A stretch of DNA of 64,000 nucleotides from an uncultured archaeon (GTDB lineage Archaea; Iainarchaeota; Iainarchaeia; Iainarchaeales; 1-14-0-10-31-34), in the NCBI GenBank assembly GCA_964608675.1, contig CAZSOZ010000002.1, forward strand, positions 160,001 to 224,000, read 5' to 3'. Below are positions 19,744-30,019 of this stretch, in pieces. The notes beneath the pieces are model-generated. The model was not told the DNA's origin, ran no database searches, and was given only the letters and a program-made list of their open reading frames with translations. A program made the position numbers and the translations under genes. How positions within the stretch are numbered: the stretch's first letter is position 1; every line of letters starts with the position of its first letter.

Positions 19744-20202
19744 ATGAGAAAAAAATTGTCTTCAGCAAAAAAAAGAATTCCTGCAAAAAAACTTTTAGGA
19801 AAAAAACCAAAATCCTTAGGAGGAGGCTTAAATAAAAAGCAAAGAAATTTATATAAACAAATTAAAGCAAGCAAAACCAGAAAAAAAACAGCATTGAACT
19901 TGTCTAGACAAAAGCCTACAGGAAACACCAGAAGAAAAACAAAACAACTGAAAGTTTCCCCAAAAAAAAAATCAAGAAAATTAACTCAAGCAAAAACAGA
20001 CTATTTAGTTAACGAAATCACAAAAGAAATTAAAGCATACTGGGATGCATGGAAAAAATTATATAAAGGCGCAAAACTTGGTTTTCACAAATATAATAGA
20101 AAACAAATACGAAAAGAAGCAGAAACAACATTAAAAAGAAAAGGATTTAAAGAAAAAGAAATTGAAGAAAAATTAAATAAAACTTGGCTTGGACAAAAAT
20201 AA
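19744..20202 (+). CDS. Lys/Arg-rich hypothetical protein
   Basis: GAGG RBS; extremely basic N-terminal half, short helical C-terminal part. Confidence 0.6.
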   Translation: MRKKLSSAKKRIPAKKLLGKKPKSLGGGLNKKQRNLYKQIKASKTRKKTALNLSRQKPTGNTRRKTKQLKVSPKKKSRKLTQAKTDYLVNEITKEIKAYWDAWKKLYKGAKLGFHKYNRKQIRKEAETTLKRKGFKEKEIEEKLNKTWLGQK

Positions 20203-20214
20203 CTTATGAAATTG

Positions 20215-20286
20215 AGCACGCCTTAAAGGCGTGCTAGCACCATCAAAAAAGATAGTGCATAGCACTGCACAGATAAAAACTATGCA
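20215..20286. terminator. Hairpin cluster between convergent genes
   Basis: Perfect agcacgcc-ttaaa-ggcgtgct (20215-20235) plus weaker stems, between the stops of the 19744 ORF and the thermosome. Confidence 0.55.
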
Positions 20287-20287
20287 A

Positions 20288-21946
20288 TTACATCATTGGA
20301 GGCATTCCGCCCATTCCTCCTCCCATTGCTTCAGGAGGCATTCCTCCATGGCCTGAACCTTTACTGCTTCCTGCAATAATGTCGTCAATTCTCAAAATCA
20401 TTTCAGTTACTTCTGCTGCTGAAATAATTGCCTGAGTTTTTACATTCAATGGTTCAATTACTTTTGAATCCTTTAAATTCACTAATTGAGCTTTATAGAC
20501 GTCAACTCCAACATATTTTCCTGCTTTGTCTATGTGTTTTGATTTCAAGCTGACTAAAGTGTCAATTGGATCCATTCCTGCTGTTTCAGCCAAAGTTCTT
20601 GGAATTATTTCAAGGGTTTCAGCAAAAGCATCAATTGCAAGCTGTTCTCTTCCGCCAACAGTTTTAGCGTATTCCCTTAATTTGATTGCAACTTCTATTT
20701 CACTGCTTCCGCCACCTGCAACAACTTTTCCTGATTTAATTGCAGAAATTACTGCACCTAAAGCGTCATTCAAAGCTCTTTCTGCTTCGTCCATTATATG
20801 ATCAGAGCCTCCTCTAACTAAAATAGTGACTGCTTTAGGGTTTTCGCATCCTTCAACAAAAACCATGTCTTCGTTTGCAACTTTTCTTGAAGAAACTGTT
20901 TCTGATTTCCCTAAATCATCCGAAGAAATATCTGAAACTCTTGTAACAATTTTTGCTCCAGTTGATTTAGACAGCAAACCCATATCAGATTTTTTTACTC
21001 TTCTTACTGCAAGAATTCCTTCTTTTGCAAGATAATGCTGTGCTAAATCATCGATTCCTTTCTGGCAGAAAACAACATTTGCTCCTGCTTGTTTAATGCT
21101 TTCAACCATGTCTTTCAGCATTTTTTCTTCCTGGTCAAGGAAAGCCTGCAATTGGTCAGGGGAAGTAATCTGAATTTTTGCATCAGTTTCTGTTTCTTTT
21201 ACTTCCAAAGCTGAATCAATTAAAGCAATTTTTGCGTTCTTCATTTTTTTTGGCATTCCTTCATTGACTACTTCTTTATCAACTACAACTCCTTTAATTA
21301 ATTCAGAGTCAGTTAAACCTGCTCCTCCTTTTTTTTCTATTTTAATTTTGTCTCTGTCCACTGAAGTTTTTCCATTTTCTTCTTCTGCAACAGTTTTAAC
21401 TGATTCAACAACCAAATCAGCTAATTCCATTGAAGCTTCAGCAGCTTTTCCTGTCATTGAAGTGACAGCAATGTTTTTTAGTATGTCTCTGTCTTTAACA
21501 CTGACTGGATCAGCTAAATCAACATACAGTTCTTTGGCTTTTTTTGCAGCCATTCTATAACCTTTAATTATAACAGAAGGATGAATTTCGTCGTCAAGCA
21601 TTTTTTCTGCTTTATTTAATAATCCTCCTGCTAAAACAACAACAGTAGTGGTTCCGTCTCCCACTTCATTATCCTGTGTTTTTGCTACTTCTACAAGCAT
21701 TTTTCCAACTGGATGATCAATGCTCATTTCACTTAAAATTGTTGCTCCGTCATTTGAAACAGTTACATCCCCCAAGTCATCCACAATCATTTTATCCATT
21801 CCTTTTGGACCCAAAGTGGATTTCACTGCATTTGCAACAGCTTTTGCAATCAAAATATTGATTCTTTGTGCATCTCTTCCTCTGGTTCTCCTTGAACCTT
21901 CAGGAAGAAAAACAATCTGCTGATTCATATTATCGTCTTTTGCCAT
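20288..21946 (-). CDS. ths: Thermosome subunit (group II chaperonin)
   Basis: [42 protein letters not shown] tail; GGAGCG RBS before ATG 21946. Confidence 0.97.
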   Translation of the reverse strand: MAKDDNMNQQIVFLPEGSRRTRGRDAQRINILIAKAVANAVKSTLGPKGMDKMIVDDLGDVTVSNDGATILSEMSIDHPVGKMLVEVAKTQDNEVGDGTTTVVVLAGGLLNKAEKMLDDEIHPSVIIKGYRMAAKKAKELYVDLADPVSVKDRDILKNIAVTSMTGKAAEASMELADLVVESVKTVAEEENGKTSVDRDKIKIEKKGGAGLTDSELIKGVVVDKEVVNEGMPKKMKNAKIALIDSALEVKETETDAKIQITSPDQLQAFLDQEEKMLKDMVESIKQAGANVVFCQKGIDDLAQHYLAKEGILAVRRVKKSDMGLLSKSTGAKIVTRVSDISSDDLGKSETVSSRKVANEDMVFVEGCENPKAVTILVRGGSDHIMDEAERALNDALGAVISAIKSGKVVAGGGSSEIEVAIKLREYAKTVGGREQLAIDAFAETLEIIPRTLAETAGMDPIDTLVSLKSKHIDKAGKYVGVDVYKAQLVNLKDSKVIEPLNVKTQAIISAAEVTEMILRIDDIIAGSSKGSGHGGMPPEAMGGGMGGMPPMM

Positions 21947-22089
21947 TAAATCACGCTCCTTTTTAAAACTCAATTCTGTTCATTAAAATCAGATTAAATT
22001 ATTGATGGATATAAATGTTTAAAAATGTTTTTGATGGATATGCGTGCTTATAAATAAATGTTGGAAACTGATTAAAATTAATGCAATTA

Positions 22090-22550
22090 CTCTTTTTTTA
22101 TACTGCAATTAGAGAAGCGCATACGGCATTTTCTTGAAGCCATTTGGCAGGGAATAGAATTATTTGGGTTAGAAAAATCAACGCGCATAATATTTAGAGA
22201 TTCAGGTTGGTCACAAGTTACTATTATTTTGTGTCCTTCTTTTAAGCCAATTAAAGTTTTAGTTCTTATTTTATAATTATCCTCCTGTCTTACAATTTCA
22301 GTTAAAAATTAGAGACAGAAGTCAAAAAACCTTTAAATTCAACTGCAGTAATTGAATTCATAACCCAACACAAAGCCTCTTCAAGTACAACTGCACTGAA
22401 CTTCATTTTAGCTGCATCATCAAAAGGTTCTTCTGATTCTTTATTTTCTTCTATTTGATTATTTGGTTCAGTTTCCTGTGATTCATTTGAGTCAATGCAT
22501 CCAAAAAAACAAAAAAATAATAAACAACAAAATTAATGCATTTTTTTCAC
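22090..22550 (-). pseudogene. Degenerate lipoprotein-like gene
   Basis: Across shifted frames: basic start, hydrophobic ALILLFIIFLF, then GCIDSNESQETEPNNQIEE. The frame breaks lie in T/A homopolymers and there are later stops. Confidence 0.4.
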
Positions 22551-22593
22551 ACTAAATAATTAAATCGATTGTGATTAGTGATTAATAAAAATT

Positions 22594-23553
22594 TCATTTA
22601 TAGAGTTTGTCTTTGATTAAAGTGTTGTAAAAAGAGATATTAATTATTTCTTCTTCAATGTCCACTAAATGGCGGAGCATTCTGAAAAGTTTTTCCCTTA
22701 TTTTAATCGGATGCTTTTGAATAATTTTTTCTAATTCTTTTTCTTCTTCCTTCGGAATTGCCTGAAAATTTTTTTGATTAGATTTTGTCAGAAAAGAAAT
22801 GCTTTTGTTTATTTCTTTTTTAAAAAACAATAAAACCGGCTCCAATTCTTTTCCTTTAACTTTATCTTCTATTTCAAGCACTGCAAGCTGTTCAAGAGAA
22901 TCACCTAAATTTTCAAGTTTTTTTGTAATCATAAACAAAGCAGGAATCAAAGTATTGTTTTTTATTCCACTTGAATTCAAAATATTAAAATCAGTCTGAG
23001 AAAGAGTAACAATTTTAGCGCTCAAATGATACAGTCTGTCTAATTCATCTTCATCTCTTTTTACGTCATTCAAATTCCTTCTTTCAAGACAATTGTAAAT
23101 TAAATCATTTAAAATTAAACCGATTCTTGAAAGAAGCTGGCTGAATTCAATTTTTGTTTTATCATGAAAAACCTTTACAACAATATCTTTAGGAGATTCA
23201 CTTACAATCTCTGAACCGCTTAAATGCCTTAAAGATTCTTTAATTTGAGCTCTTTTTTCAGAAGTCATTTCCTTAGAAGAAAAAATTTTAATTTTTTCAA
23301 AACCCAAATAAAAAGCAGAAAAAATTGTATGATAAAGATTTTCTCCTAATTCATCAAAATTTAATTCAATTTCATTAAAAGAACTTAACTCAGACTGTTT
23401 TGGAGACAAAATCAATTCCCCTGTATGAAGCTCAGATAAAAACAATTCGTTTTTTTCTCTCAGATTAGATTTCAAAACCCATTTCTTTGGCAAAGAAACA
23501 ACATAAGTAGAATTTCCAACAAACTGAATTTTTCTTGAATCCATTAAATCCAA
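22594..23553 (-). CDS. AbrB-PhoU family phosphate uptake regulator
   Basis: RKIQFVGNSTYVVSLPKKWV (AbrB-like) and PhoU-like DEDELDRLY...KKLENLGD. Confidence 0.9.
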   Translation of the reverse strand: MDLMDSRKIQFVGNSTYVVSLPKKWVLKSNLREKNELFLSELHTGELILSPKQSELSSFNEIELNFDELGENLYHTIFSAFYLGFEKIKIFSSKEMTSEKRAQIKESLRHLSGSEIVSESPKDIVVKVFHDKTKIEFSQLLSRIGLILNDLIYNCLERRNLNDVKRDEDELDRLYHLSAKIVTLSQTDFNILNSSGIKNNTLIPALFMITKKLENLGDSLEQLAVLEIEDKVKGKELEPVLLFFKKEINKSISFLTKSNQKNFQAIPKEEEKELEKIIQKHPIKIREKLFRMLRHLVDIEEEIINISFYNTLIKDKLYK

Positions 23554-23604
23554 TGAAAAGAAATTAATAGAAAAGAATTAAAATATATTGAAAAAAAATA
23601 AAAA

Positions 23605-23631
23605 CTATATAGAAAATTTACTGCTATATAG
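23605..23631. promoter_or_regulatory. Paired CTATATAG palindromes, candidate operator
   Basis: ctatatag at 23605-23612 and 23624-23631, upstream of the PhoU-type regulator. Confidence 0.4.
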
Positions 23632-24223
23632 CTTAAAGTGGTTTTGTTTTTAAAGAGCAAAATCAAAACATAATAAAAAAATTAAAGGAGGAAACAAAAT
23701 GAATGAAATAATTTTTGGAATAAGCTTAATGGTTTTTTCCATGACAAAAATTTTTGTCTGTATTGGAACAACCATAAAAAAATAAAAAGAAAAAAAATAG
23801 AAAAAAAATCTAGTTAAAAAATTGATTTAATCAGAAGCAAAACATAAAAAAAAAATAATTAGTTTGAAAAGAAAAACAAATGGCTTTTGCATTTACAGTC
23901 ACTGCAACCAAAACATTTAATTGAAAAAGCTTTTTTTGAAATTCTTTCAGCAGCAATACATTCTTTTTTTTGTTTGACTCCTTAAAAAAAAAACTTCTTT
24001 TATATTTCAGTGTTTTGTTTGCAAGAAAAAAAATCAATATGCCAGTGCTTTTTCTTTTTCTTTCTTAAATGCCTTTGAATTCTTTTTTCAAGGTTATTTA
24101 AAGCAGAACAACATACAAATAGTTTTTCTTTTTAAAGTCAGTTTTTCTTAAAGTTCAGATTTTCATTTTAGTGTTTTTTCTTTAAGTGAATTAAAAGACA
24201 ATAAGTTCCTTTCATTTTATCTT

Positions 24224-24565
24224 TTATTTAATTTCCTCTAGTTTTTTTTCAGCTAACTGCATTACTGCTTCTTTTGCTGAAATTCCTTCTGCCTTAAATG
24301 CCTTTATTTTTGCCTGACTGAAAACCATTAAAGAGTTTGGGCCAAAATTCCTTGAAATAACTGCACCAATATTTTCTTTCAATAAATTTTGTGCTGCTTT
24401 TGTTCCTGCTCCTCTTTCTTCTAAACTAACAGGATTCTCAACAAAATTTTTTTCCTTAATTTCTTTTCCTGCTAATTCAATTATTAGAAAACCTTTGCAT
24501 CTGCCAAAAACACTGCTTATTTTTGCATTCAAATCATCTTCCTGAACGCTGACTGCAACCCTCAT
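24224..24565 (-). CDS. NifB/NifX-family (FeMo-co biosynthesis-like) protein
   Basis: ISSVFGRCKGF, GAGTKAAQ, VISRNFGPNS. Confidence 0.88.
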   Translation of the reverse strand: MRVAVSVQEDDLNAKISSVFGRCKGFLIIELAGKEIKEKNFVENPVSLEERGAGTKAAQNLLKENIGAVISRNFGPNSLMVFSQAKIKAFKAEGISAKEAVMQLAEKKLEEIK

Positions 24566-24629
24566 TCAACCACCTCAATTAAATTAAACTTAAATCTTTT
24601 TTAATAGATTTTCTTTCAGAAATGAATGC

Positions 24630-25802
24630 ATGAAAACAGAAAAAAAAGCTTTAGAACTGCATGAAAAGCTTAAAGGAAAATTAGAGGTAAAATCAAAAAT
24701 TAAAATTGATTCAAAGGAAACACTTACATTGGCTTATACTCCTGGCGTGGCAGAACCATGCAAGGAGATTAACACAAATCCAAAAAAGGTTTGGAGTTAT
24801 ACAATTAAAAGAAATACTATTGCAGTAATAACTGACGGAAGCGCTGTATTGGGATTAGGAAACATTGGCGCACAAGCATCTCTGCCTGTAATGGAAGGAA
24901 AATGCGCTCTATTTAAGGAACTAGCAGGATTAAATGCTTTTCCTATTGCATTAAAAACACAGGAAACACAAGAAATCATTCAAACAATAAAAAATATTTC
25001 CCCTGTATTCGGAGGAATCAATTTAGAAGACATTAGTTCCCCTAAATGCTTTGAAATAGAAAAAAAACTGCAAAACTTGGGAATCCCTGTAATGCACGAC
25101 GACCAGCACGCAACAGCAATAGTTGTGTTGGCAGGACTAAAAAATGCATTAAAAGTTGTTGGAAAAAAAATGAAGAACTTGAAGATTGTCTTGAATGGAA
25201 TCGGAGCAGCAGGAACCGCAATAACAAAAATTCTGTTGGCAGAAGAAAAACCAAAAGAAATCATTTTATGCGACAAACAAGGAATTCTTTTCAAAGGAAA
25301 AACAAGAATGCTAAAGCATCATGAAGAACTAGCTGAACTGACTAATGAAAAAAAAGTTCAAGGAAATCTAGCTGATGCTTTGGCAGGCGCAGATGTATTT
25401 ATTGGCGTGTCTGCTCCAAACATTTTATCAGAAAACATGATTAAATCAATGAATTCAAAACCAATAATTTTTGCTTTAGCTAATCCAATTCCTGAAATAA
25501 CCATGGAAAAGGCTTTGAAGGCAAGAGTTGGAGTTTATGCTTCAGGCAGAAGCGATGACCCAAACCAAATCAACAATGTTTTAGTGTTTCCAGGGTTATT
25601 CAAAGGAGCATTAGAATCAAAAGCAATTAAAATAAATGAAGAAATGAAGCTGGCTGCAGCAAAAGCTTTAGCTGAATGCATTAAAAATCCTTCAAAAGAA
25701 AAATTTATTCCTTCTCCTTTAGATAAGATTGTAGTAAAAAAGATTTCTGAAGCAGTGGAAAAAGCTGCAGTTGAATCAGGGGCAGTTGGAAAAGAATTAT
25801 AA
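24630..25802 (+). CDS. NAD(P)-dependent malic enzyme
   Basis: AYTPGVAEPC, TDGSAVLGLGNIG, GGINLEDI, HDDQH, GIGAAG, FALANPIPEI, NQINNVLVFPG. Confidence 0.95.
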   Translation: MKTEKKALELHEKLKGKLEVKSKIKIDSKETLTLAYTPGVAEPCKEINTNPKKVWSYTIKRNTIAVITDGSAVLGLGNIGAQASLPVMEGKCALFKELAGLNAFPIALKTQETQEIIQTIKNISPVFGGINLEDISSPKCFEIEKKLQNLGIPVMHDDQHATAIVVLAGLKNALKVVGKKMKNLKIVLNGIGAAGTAITKILLAEEKPKEIILCDKQGILFKGKTRMLKHHEELAELTNEKKVQGNLADALAGADVFIGVSAPNILSENMIKSMNSKPIIFALANPIPEITMEKALKARVGVYASGRSDDPNQINNVLVFPGLFKGALESKAIKINEEMKLAAAKALAECIKNPSKEKFIPSPLDKIVVKKISEAVEKAAVESGAVGKEL

Positions 25803-25835
25803 ATAAACAAAACTATTAATTCTAATTGAGAAAAA

Positions 25836-26777
25836 ATGCCAAAAACACGACATAAAACAAAAATGAAAATTAAAATTAAACGAAAAACTGGGCCTAAAAA
25901 AAAAACTTGGATAGACCTGAATTCAAAAAAAGCACAAATAATGAAAGAACTCTACCACAACCCACAAAACCTAACACAAACACAAATAGCAAAAAAACAC
26001 AATACCTGCCCGCCATACATCATCAGAATAATAAAAGAAATGAAACAACAAGGAATACAACCAACAAAAAAAAGACCAGAAACAAAACTAAACTCAAAAA
26101 AAGCACAAATAATGAAAGAACTCCACTACAACTCACAAAACCTAACACAAAGACAAATAGCAAAAAAACACAATTTTAGTCCTCAACGAATACAACAAAG
26201 AGCAAAAGAAATGAAACAACAAGGAATAAAAATAAAATTTGTTTCAAGATTAAAACCTGCTCCAAAACTCACAAAAAAACAACAAAGATTAATGGAAAAA
26301 AACAAAAAAAAGATGTTATCACTCGCTAAAAACATTGCTTTACGAAAAAATTTTTCAAAAGAAGAAGCACAAGAATTTCAATCAGACATAGAAAGGCTTT
26401 TACCAAATTTCATTAAAAACTGGCAGGAAAAAAAATACACATTAGAACAATGGATTATAAGAAAAATTTACAGTTCCCTTACTGATTTCAGAATAACAAA
26501 AGAAATGCAGGAAACAGGTCTTTCAAGCATTGAAATAAAAATAAAGAACGCAATTCATAAAAAATTAAAAAAAATGAGTTTAGAAGACGCAATAAACGAA
26601 ATAAACAAAATGAAATTTTACAGAAAATCAATGAAACAATCCATCCGCGGAAAAAGAAAATTTCCAGAAGGAAAACTTACTTTTGAAATAGCAGAAGACC
26701 TTTTGAAAGCAGAAGAAATAAACAGAAAACAGAAAAATGTAAACTATTATAGAGAGATAAATGAAAAAAAATATTAA
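25836..26777 (+). CDS. Basic protein with two tandem HTH repeats and a sigma-70 region-2-like segment
   Basis: Two 57-aa repeats (LNSKKAQIMKEL..N.QNLTQ.QIAKKHN) followed by LMEKNKKKMLSLAKNIA...IKNWQEKKYTLEQWIIRKIYSSLTDFR. Confidence 0.6.
   Translation: MPKTRHKTKMKIKIKRKTGPKKKTWIDLNSKKAQIMKELYHNPQNLTQTQIAKKHNTCPPYIIRIIKEMKQQGIQPTKKRPETKLNSKKAQIMKELHYNSQNLTQRQIAKKHNFSPQRIQQRAKEMKQQGIKIKFVSRLKPAPKLTKKQQRLMEKNKKKMLSLAKNIALRKNFSKEEAQEFQSDIERLLPNFIKNWQEKKYTLEQWIIRKIYSSLTDFRITKEMQETGLSSIEIKIKNAIHKKLKKMSLEDAINEINKMKFYRKSMKQSIRGKRKFPEGKLTFEIAEDLLKAEEINRKQKNVNYYREINEKKY
25917..26228 (+). repeat. Intragenic direct repeat, 171-nt period
   Basis: tcaaaaaaagcacaaataatgaaagaactc... begins at 25923 and at 26094; aaagaaatgaaacaacaaggaata occurs in both copies. 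Confidence 0.9.
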
Positions 26778-26789
26778 AGTGAAAAAAAA

Positions 26790-27668
26790 ATGAAAGAAAA
26801 AAAAGATTTAGTGCAGGCATTAGTTGAATTGTATAGAATGACTTCAGTTTGCTTGCCAGAAGATGTAAAAGGAAAAATAAAAGAAGCAAGAGAAAAAGAA
26901 ACAAGTTTGCTGGCAAAAAAAGTAATGAAATCAATTGAACAAAATTTGGAAACAGCAGAAAAAAACAACTGGCCTTTATGCGAAGACACAGGAATTCCGG
27001 TTTTTTTTATTGAAATACCAAAAAGCTTTGATTACAAAGAAATTAAAGAAAGGATTTTGAAGGCAACAGAAATTGCAACAGAAAAAAATTTTTTGAGACC
27101 GAATGCAGTTGATTCTTTAACACAAAAAAATTCTGGAAATTGTGTTGGAAAAGGAATTCCAACAATTTATTTTGAACAAAAAGAAAGAGAAGGCATTAAA
27201 TTCAATTTAATGCTTAAAGGCGGAGGAAGCGAAAACATAGGGAAAACTTATTCTTTACCAAATGAAAAACTTAATGCAGGAAGAGATTTAAACGGAATAA
27301 AAAAATGTGTTTTAGATGCAGTAATAAAAGCACAAGGATTAGGGTGTCCGCCGACAATTGTTTCAGTTGCAATCGGAGGCTCAAAAGATGTTATATCATT
27401 TGAAGCAAAAAAACAGTTCCTGGAAAAAATTGAAGACAAAAAAGGAAAAGAAAAAAAAGTAATTGAATTTGAAGAAAACCTTTTCAATGAAATTAATTCA
27501 TTAGGAATCGGACCGATGGGTTTAGGAGGAAAAAACACTGTAATGGATGTAAAAACAAAGTTTTTGCACAGGCATCCTGCAAGCTTTTTTGTTGAAGTCA
27601 GTTTTATGTGCTGGGCAGACAGAAGGCATTCATTAACATGGAAAAACGGAGAAGCAAAATATGACTGA
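26790..27668 (+). CDS. Fe-S fumarate hydratase / tartrate dehydratase, alpha subunit
   Basis: PLCEDTG, LRPNAV, KGGGSEN, GCPP, GIGPMGLGG, HPAS, CWADR. Confidence 0.93.
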   Translation: MKEKKDLVQALVELYRMTSVCLPEDVKGKIKEAREKETSLLAKKVMKSIEQNLETAEKNNWPLCEDTGIPVFFIEIPKSFDYKEIKERILKATEIATEKNFLRPNAVDSLTQKNSGNCVGKGIPTIYFEQKEREGIKFNLMLKGGGSENIGKTYSLPNEKLNAGRDLNGIKKCVLDAVIKAQGLGCPPTIVSVAIGGSKDVISFEAKKQFLEKIEDKKGKEKKVIEFEENLFNEINSLGIGPMGLGGKNTVMDVKTKFLHRHPASFFVEVSFMCWADRRHSLTWKNGEAKYD

Positions 27669-28248
27669 AAAAATAATTAAATTAAAGACTCCATTAAAAG
27701 AAAAAGAAATAGAAAAACTTAATGCAGGAAATTTAGTTGAATTAACAGGAACAATTTTTTTGGCAAGAGACAGAGTTCACAAATTACTGGCAGAAAAAAT
27801 AAACGAAAAATTTCAAAAAAAACTAAAAAACGGAGTAATATACCACTGCGGGCCTATTGCAAGAAAAGAAAAAGAAAAATGGAAAATTTTGTCTGCAGGG
27901 CCGACAACAAGCACAAGAATGGAATCATTCGAAGAAAAAATAATTCAAGACTATCAAATAAAAGCTGTAATAGGAAAAGGAGGCATGAAAGAAAAAACAC
28001 TTAAAGCCCTGCAAAAATTTAAGGCAGTTTATTTGCTGGCAGTAGGAGGAACAGCAGCATTGTTAGCTGAAAGGATTATTAAAGTAAAAAACGTGTTTTT
28101 TTTAGAAGAATTTGGAATTCCAGAAGCATTATGGGAATTGGAAGTAAAAGATTTTCCATTAATTGTTTCAATGGATTCAAAAGGAAAAAGTCTGCATAAA
28201 GAAGTTCTTGAAGAATCACAAAAAAAATTAAAAGAAATCACCCAATAA
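27661..28248 (+). CDS. Fe-S fumarate hydratase / tartrate dehydratase, beta subunit
   Basis: ARDRVH, YHCGP, AGPTTSTRM, IGKGGM, GIPEALW, MDSKG. Confidence 0.93.
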   Translation: MTEKIIKLKTPLKEKEIEKLNAGNLVELTGTIFLARDRVHKLLAEKINEKFQKKLKNGVIYHCGPIARKEKEKWKILSAGPTTSTRMESFEEKIIQDYQIKAVIGKGGMKEKTLKALQKFKAVYLLAVGGTAALLAERIIKVKNVFFLEEFGIPEALWELEVKDFPLIVSMDSKGKSLHKEVLEESQKKLKEITQ

Positions 28249-28298
28249 AAAAACAAAAAAAAAAGAATTAAAAAATTGAATGAACCGGATGAAAAAAA

Positions 28299-29411
28299 AT
28301 GAAAGTTGAAGGAAAACATTACAGGACAATTTGGGTTAAAGAAGATGACGAAAAAATAATTCAAATAATTGACCAAAGAAAGCTTCCGCATGAATTTATA
28401 ATTGAAAACCTGAAAACAGTTGAAGACATTTTTTTTGCAATAAAAGACATGCATGTAAGAGGCGCACCATTAATTGGAGCAACTGCCGGCTACGGAATGT
28501 ATTTAGCAGTATTAGAAGCACAAGAAAAAAATAATGAAAAAATAATTCAGGAAAGCGCAGAAAAAATTGTTTCAGCAAGACCAACTGCAGTAGACTTGGA
28601 ATGGGCAGTAAAAAAACAATTAAATGAAATAAAAAAAAGACAAGACTTTCAAGAAAAAAAAATGCTTGCATTCATTAACGCAAAAAAAATTGCAGACGAA
28701 TCAGAAGAACAATGCAAAAAAATCGGAGAATTCGGCTGCAAAATAATTGAAGAAATTTCAAGAAAAAAAAACAAAGAAACAGTCAATATTTTAACTCACT
28801 GCAATGCAGGATGGCTTGCCTGCGTTAACTACGGAACAGCAACCGCACCAATTTATGAAGCCCACAAAAAAGGAATTAAAGTTCATGTATGGGTTGATGA
28901 AACACGGCCGAGAAACCAAGGAGCATTAACTGCATGGGAACTGCTTCAAGAAGACGTTCCTCATACAATAATTGTTGACAATGCCGGAGGGCACTTAATG
29001 CAGAAAGGATTAGTAGATTTATGTATTGTAGGAACAGACAGAACAACTTTTACAGGAGATGTCGTAAACAAAATCGGAACTTACTTGAAAGCCTTGTCTG
29101 CAAAAGACAATAACGTTCCTTTTTATGTTGCTTTGCCTTCCAATACAATTGACTGGAAAATGAAATCAGGAAAAAATATTCCAATAGAAGAAAGAAATCC
29201 AAACGAAATAAAATTTGTTCAAGGATTAAACGAAAAAAAAATAAAAAAAGTTCAGGTTTTTCCAAAAGAAAGCCCTGCAAAAAATTACGGTTTTGATGTG
29301 ACTCCTGCAAAATTAATTACAGGACTGATAACTGAAAGAGGGGTGTGCAAAGCAGAAGAAAAAAGCATTAAAGGATTATTCCCAGAACAAGAAATAGAAG
29401 AAATAGATTAA
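28299..29411 (+). CDS. mtnA: S-methyl-5-thioribose-1-phosphate isomerase
   Basis: DQRKLP, VRGAPLIG, ARPTAVDL, ILTHCNAGWLA, DETRPRNQG, NKIGTY, FDVTP. Confidence 0.93.
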   Translation: MKVEGKHYRTIWVKEDDEKIIQIIDQRKLPHEFIIENLKTVEDIFFAIKDMHVRGAPLIGATAGYGMYLAVLEAQEKNNEKIIQESAEKIVSARPTAVDLEWAVKKQLNEIKKRQDFQEKKMLAFINAKKIADESEEQCKKIGEFGCKIIEEISRKKNKETVNILTHCNAGWLACVNYGTATAPIYEAHKKGIKVHVWVDETRPRNQGALTAWELLQEDVPHTIIVDNAGGHLMQKGLVDLCIVGTDRTTFTGDVVNKIGTYLKALSAKDNNVPFYVALPSNTIDWKMKSGKNIPIEERNPNEIKFVQGLNEKKIKKVQVFPKESPAKNYGFDVTPAKLITGLITERGVCKAEEKSIKGLFPEQEIEEID

Positions 29412-29428
29412 AAAAAAAAAGTGAAAAA

Positions 29429-30019
29429 ATGAATGAAGGAGCCATAAAATTTAACTGCAGGATGATTAAAAGAAAAATAAAAAAAAAAGAAATAAAAGAT
29501 TTAAATAAATGGAGAAACAAATTATTTGAATTAAATTTAATCGGAGTTTATTCTAACGGAATCGGATTCGGAAACATCAGCAAAAGAACAGAAAAAAACA
29601 AATTTATTATAACTGGTTCAGCAACAGGCAGGAAAAAAAAATTGAATGAAAAAGATTACTGTAAAGTAATTAAATTTGACTTAAAAAAAAACAGTTTAAT
29701 TTGTGAAGGACAAACCAAACCATCAAGCGAATCATTAACTCATGCATCAGTCTATAAAACATTAAAAGAAGCAAACGCAGTAATTCACATACACAATCTT
29801 CAATTATGGAATCATCTGCTTGAAAAAATTCCTGCAACATCAAAAAAAGCAAAATATGGAAGCCTTCAGCTGACAAAAGAAATAACCAGTTTATTAAAAG
29901 AAAAAAAAACAAAAAAAATTATTTTAATGAAAGGACACAAAGAAGGAATAATTTCATTTGGAAAAAACTTGGATGAAACAGGAAAAATTTTATTAAAGTA
30001 TACAGAGGAAATTAAATGA
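29429..30019 (+). CDS. Class II aldolase/adducin family protein
   Basis: GFGNISKR, PSSESLTH..VY, AVIHIH, MKGHKEG. Confidence 0.85.
   Translation: MNEGAIKFNCRMIKRKIKKKEIKDLNKWRNKLFELNLIGVYSNGIGFGNISKRTEKNKFIITGSATGRKKKLNEKDYCKVIKFDLKKNSLICEGQTKPSSESLTHASVYKTLKEANAVIHIHNLQLWNHLLEKIPATSKKAKYGSLQLTKEITSLLKEKKTKKIILMKGHKEGIISFGKNLDETGKILLKYTEEIK

Noticed and set aside
24224-24565. Nitrogen fixation
   Set aside because: Stand-alone NifB/NifX-family proteins are common in non-diazotrophs, and no nifHDK is present here.
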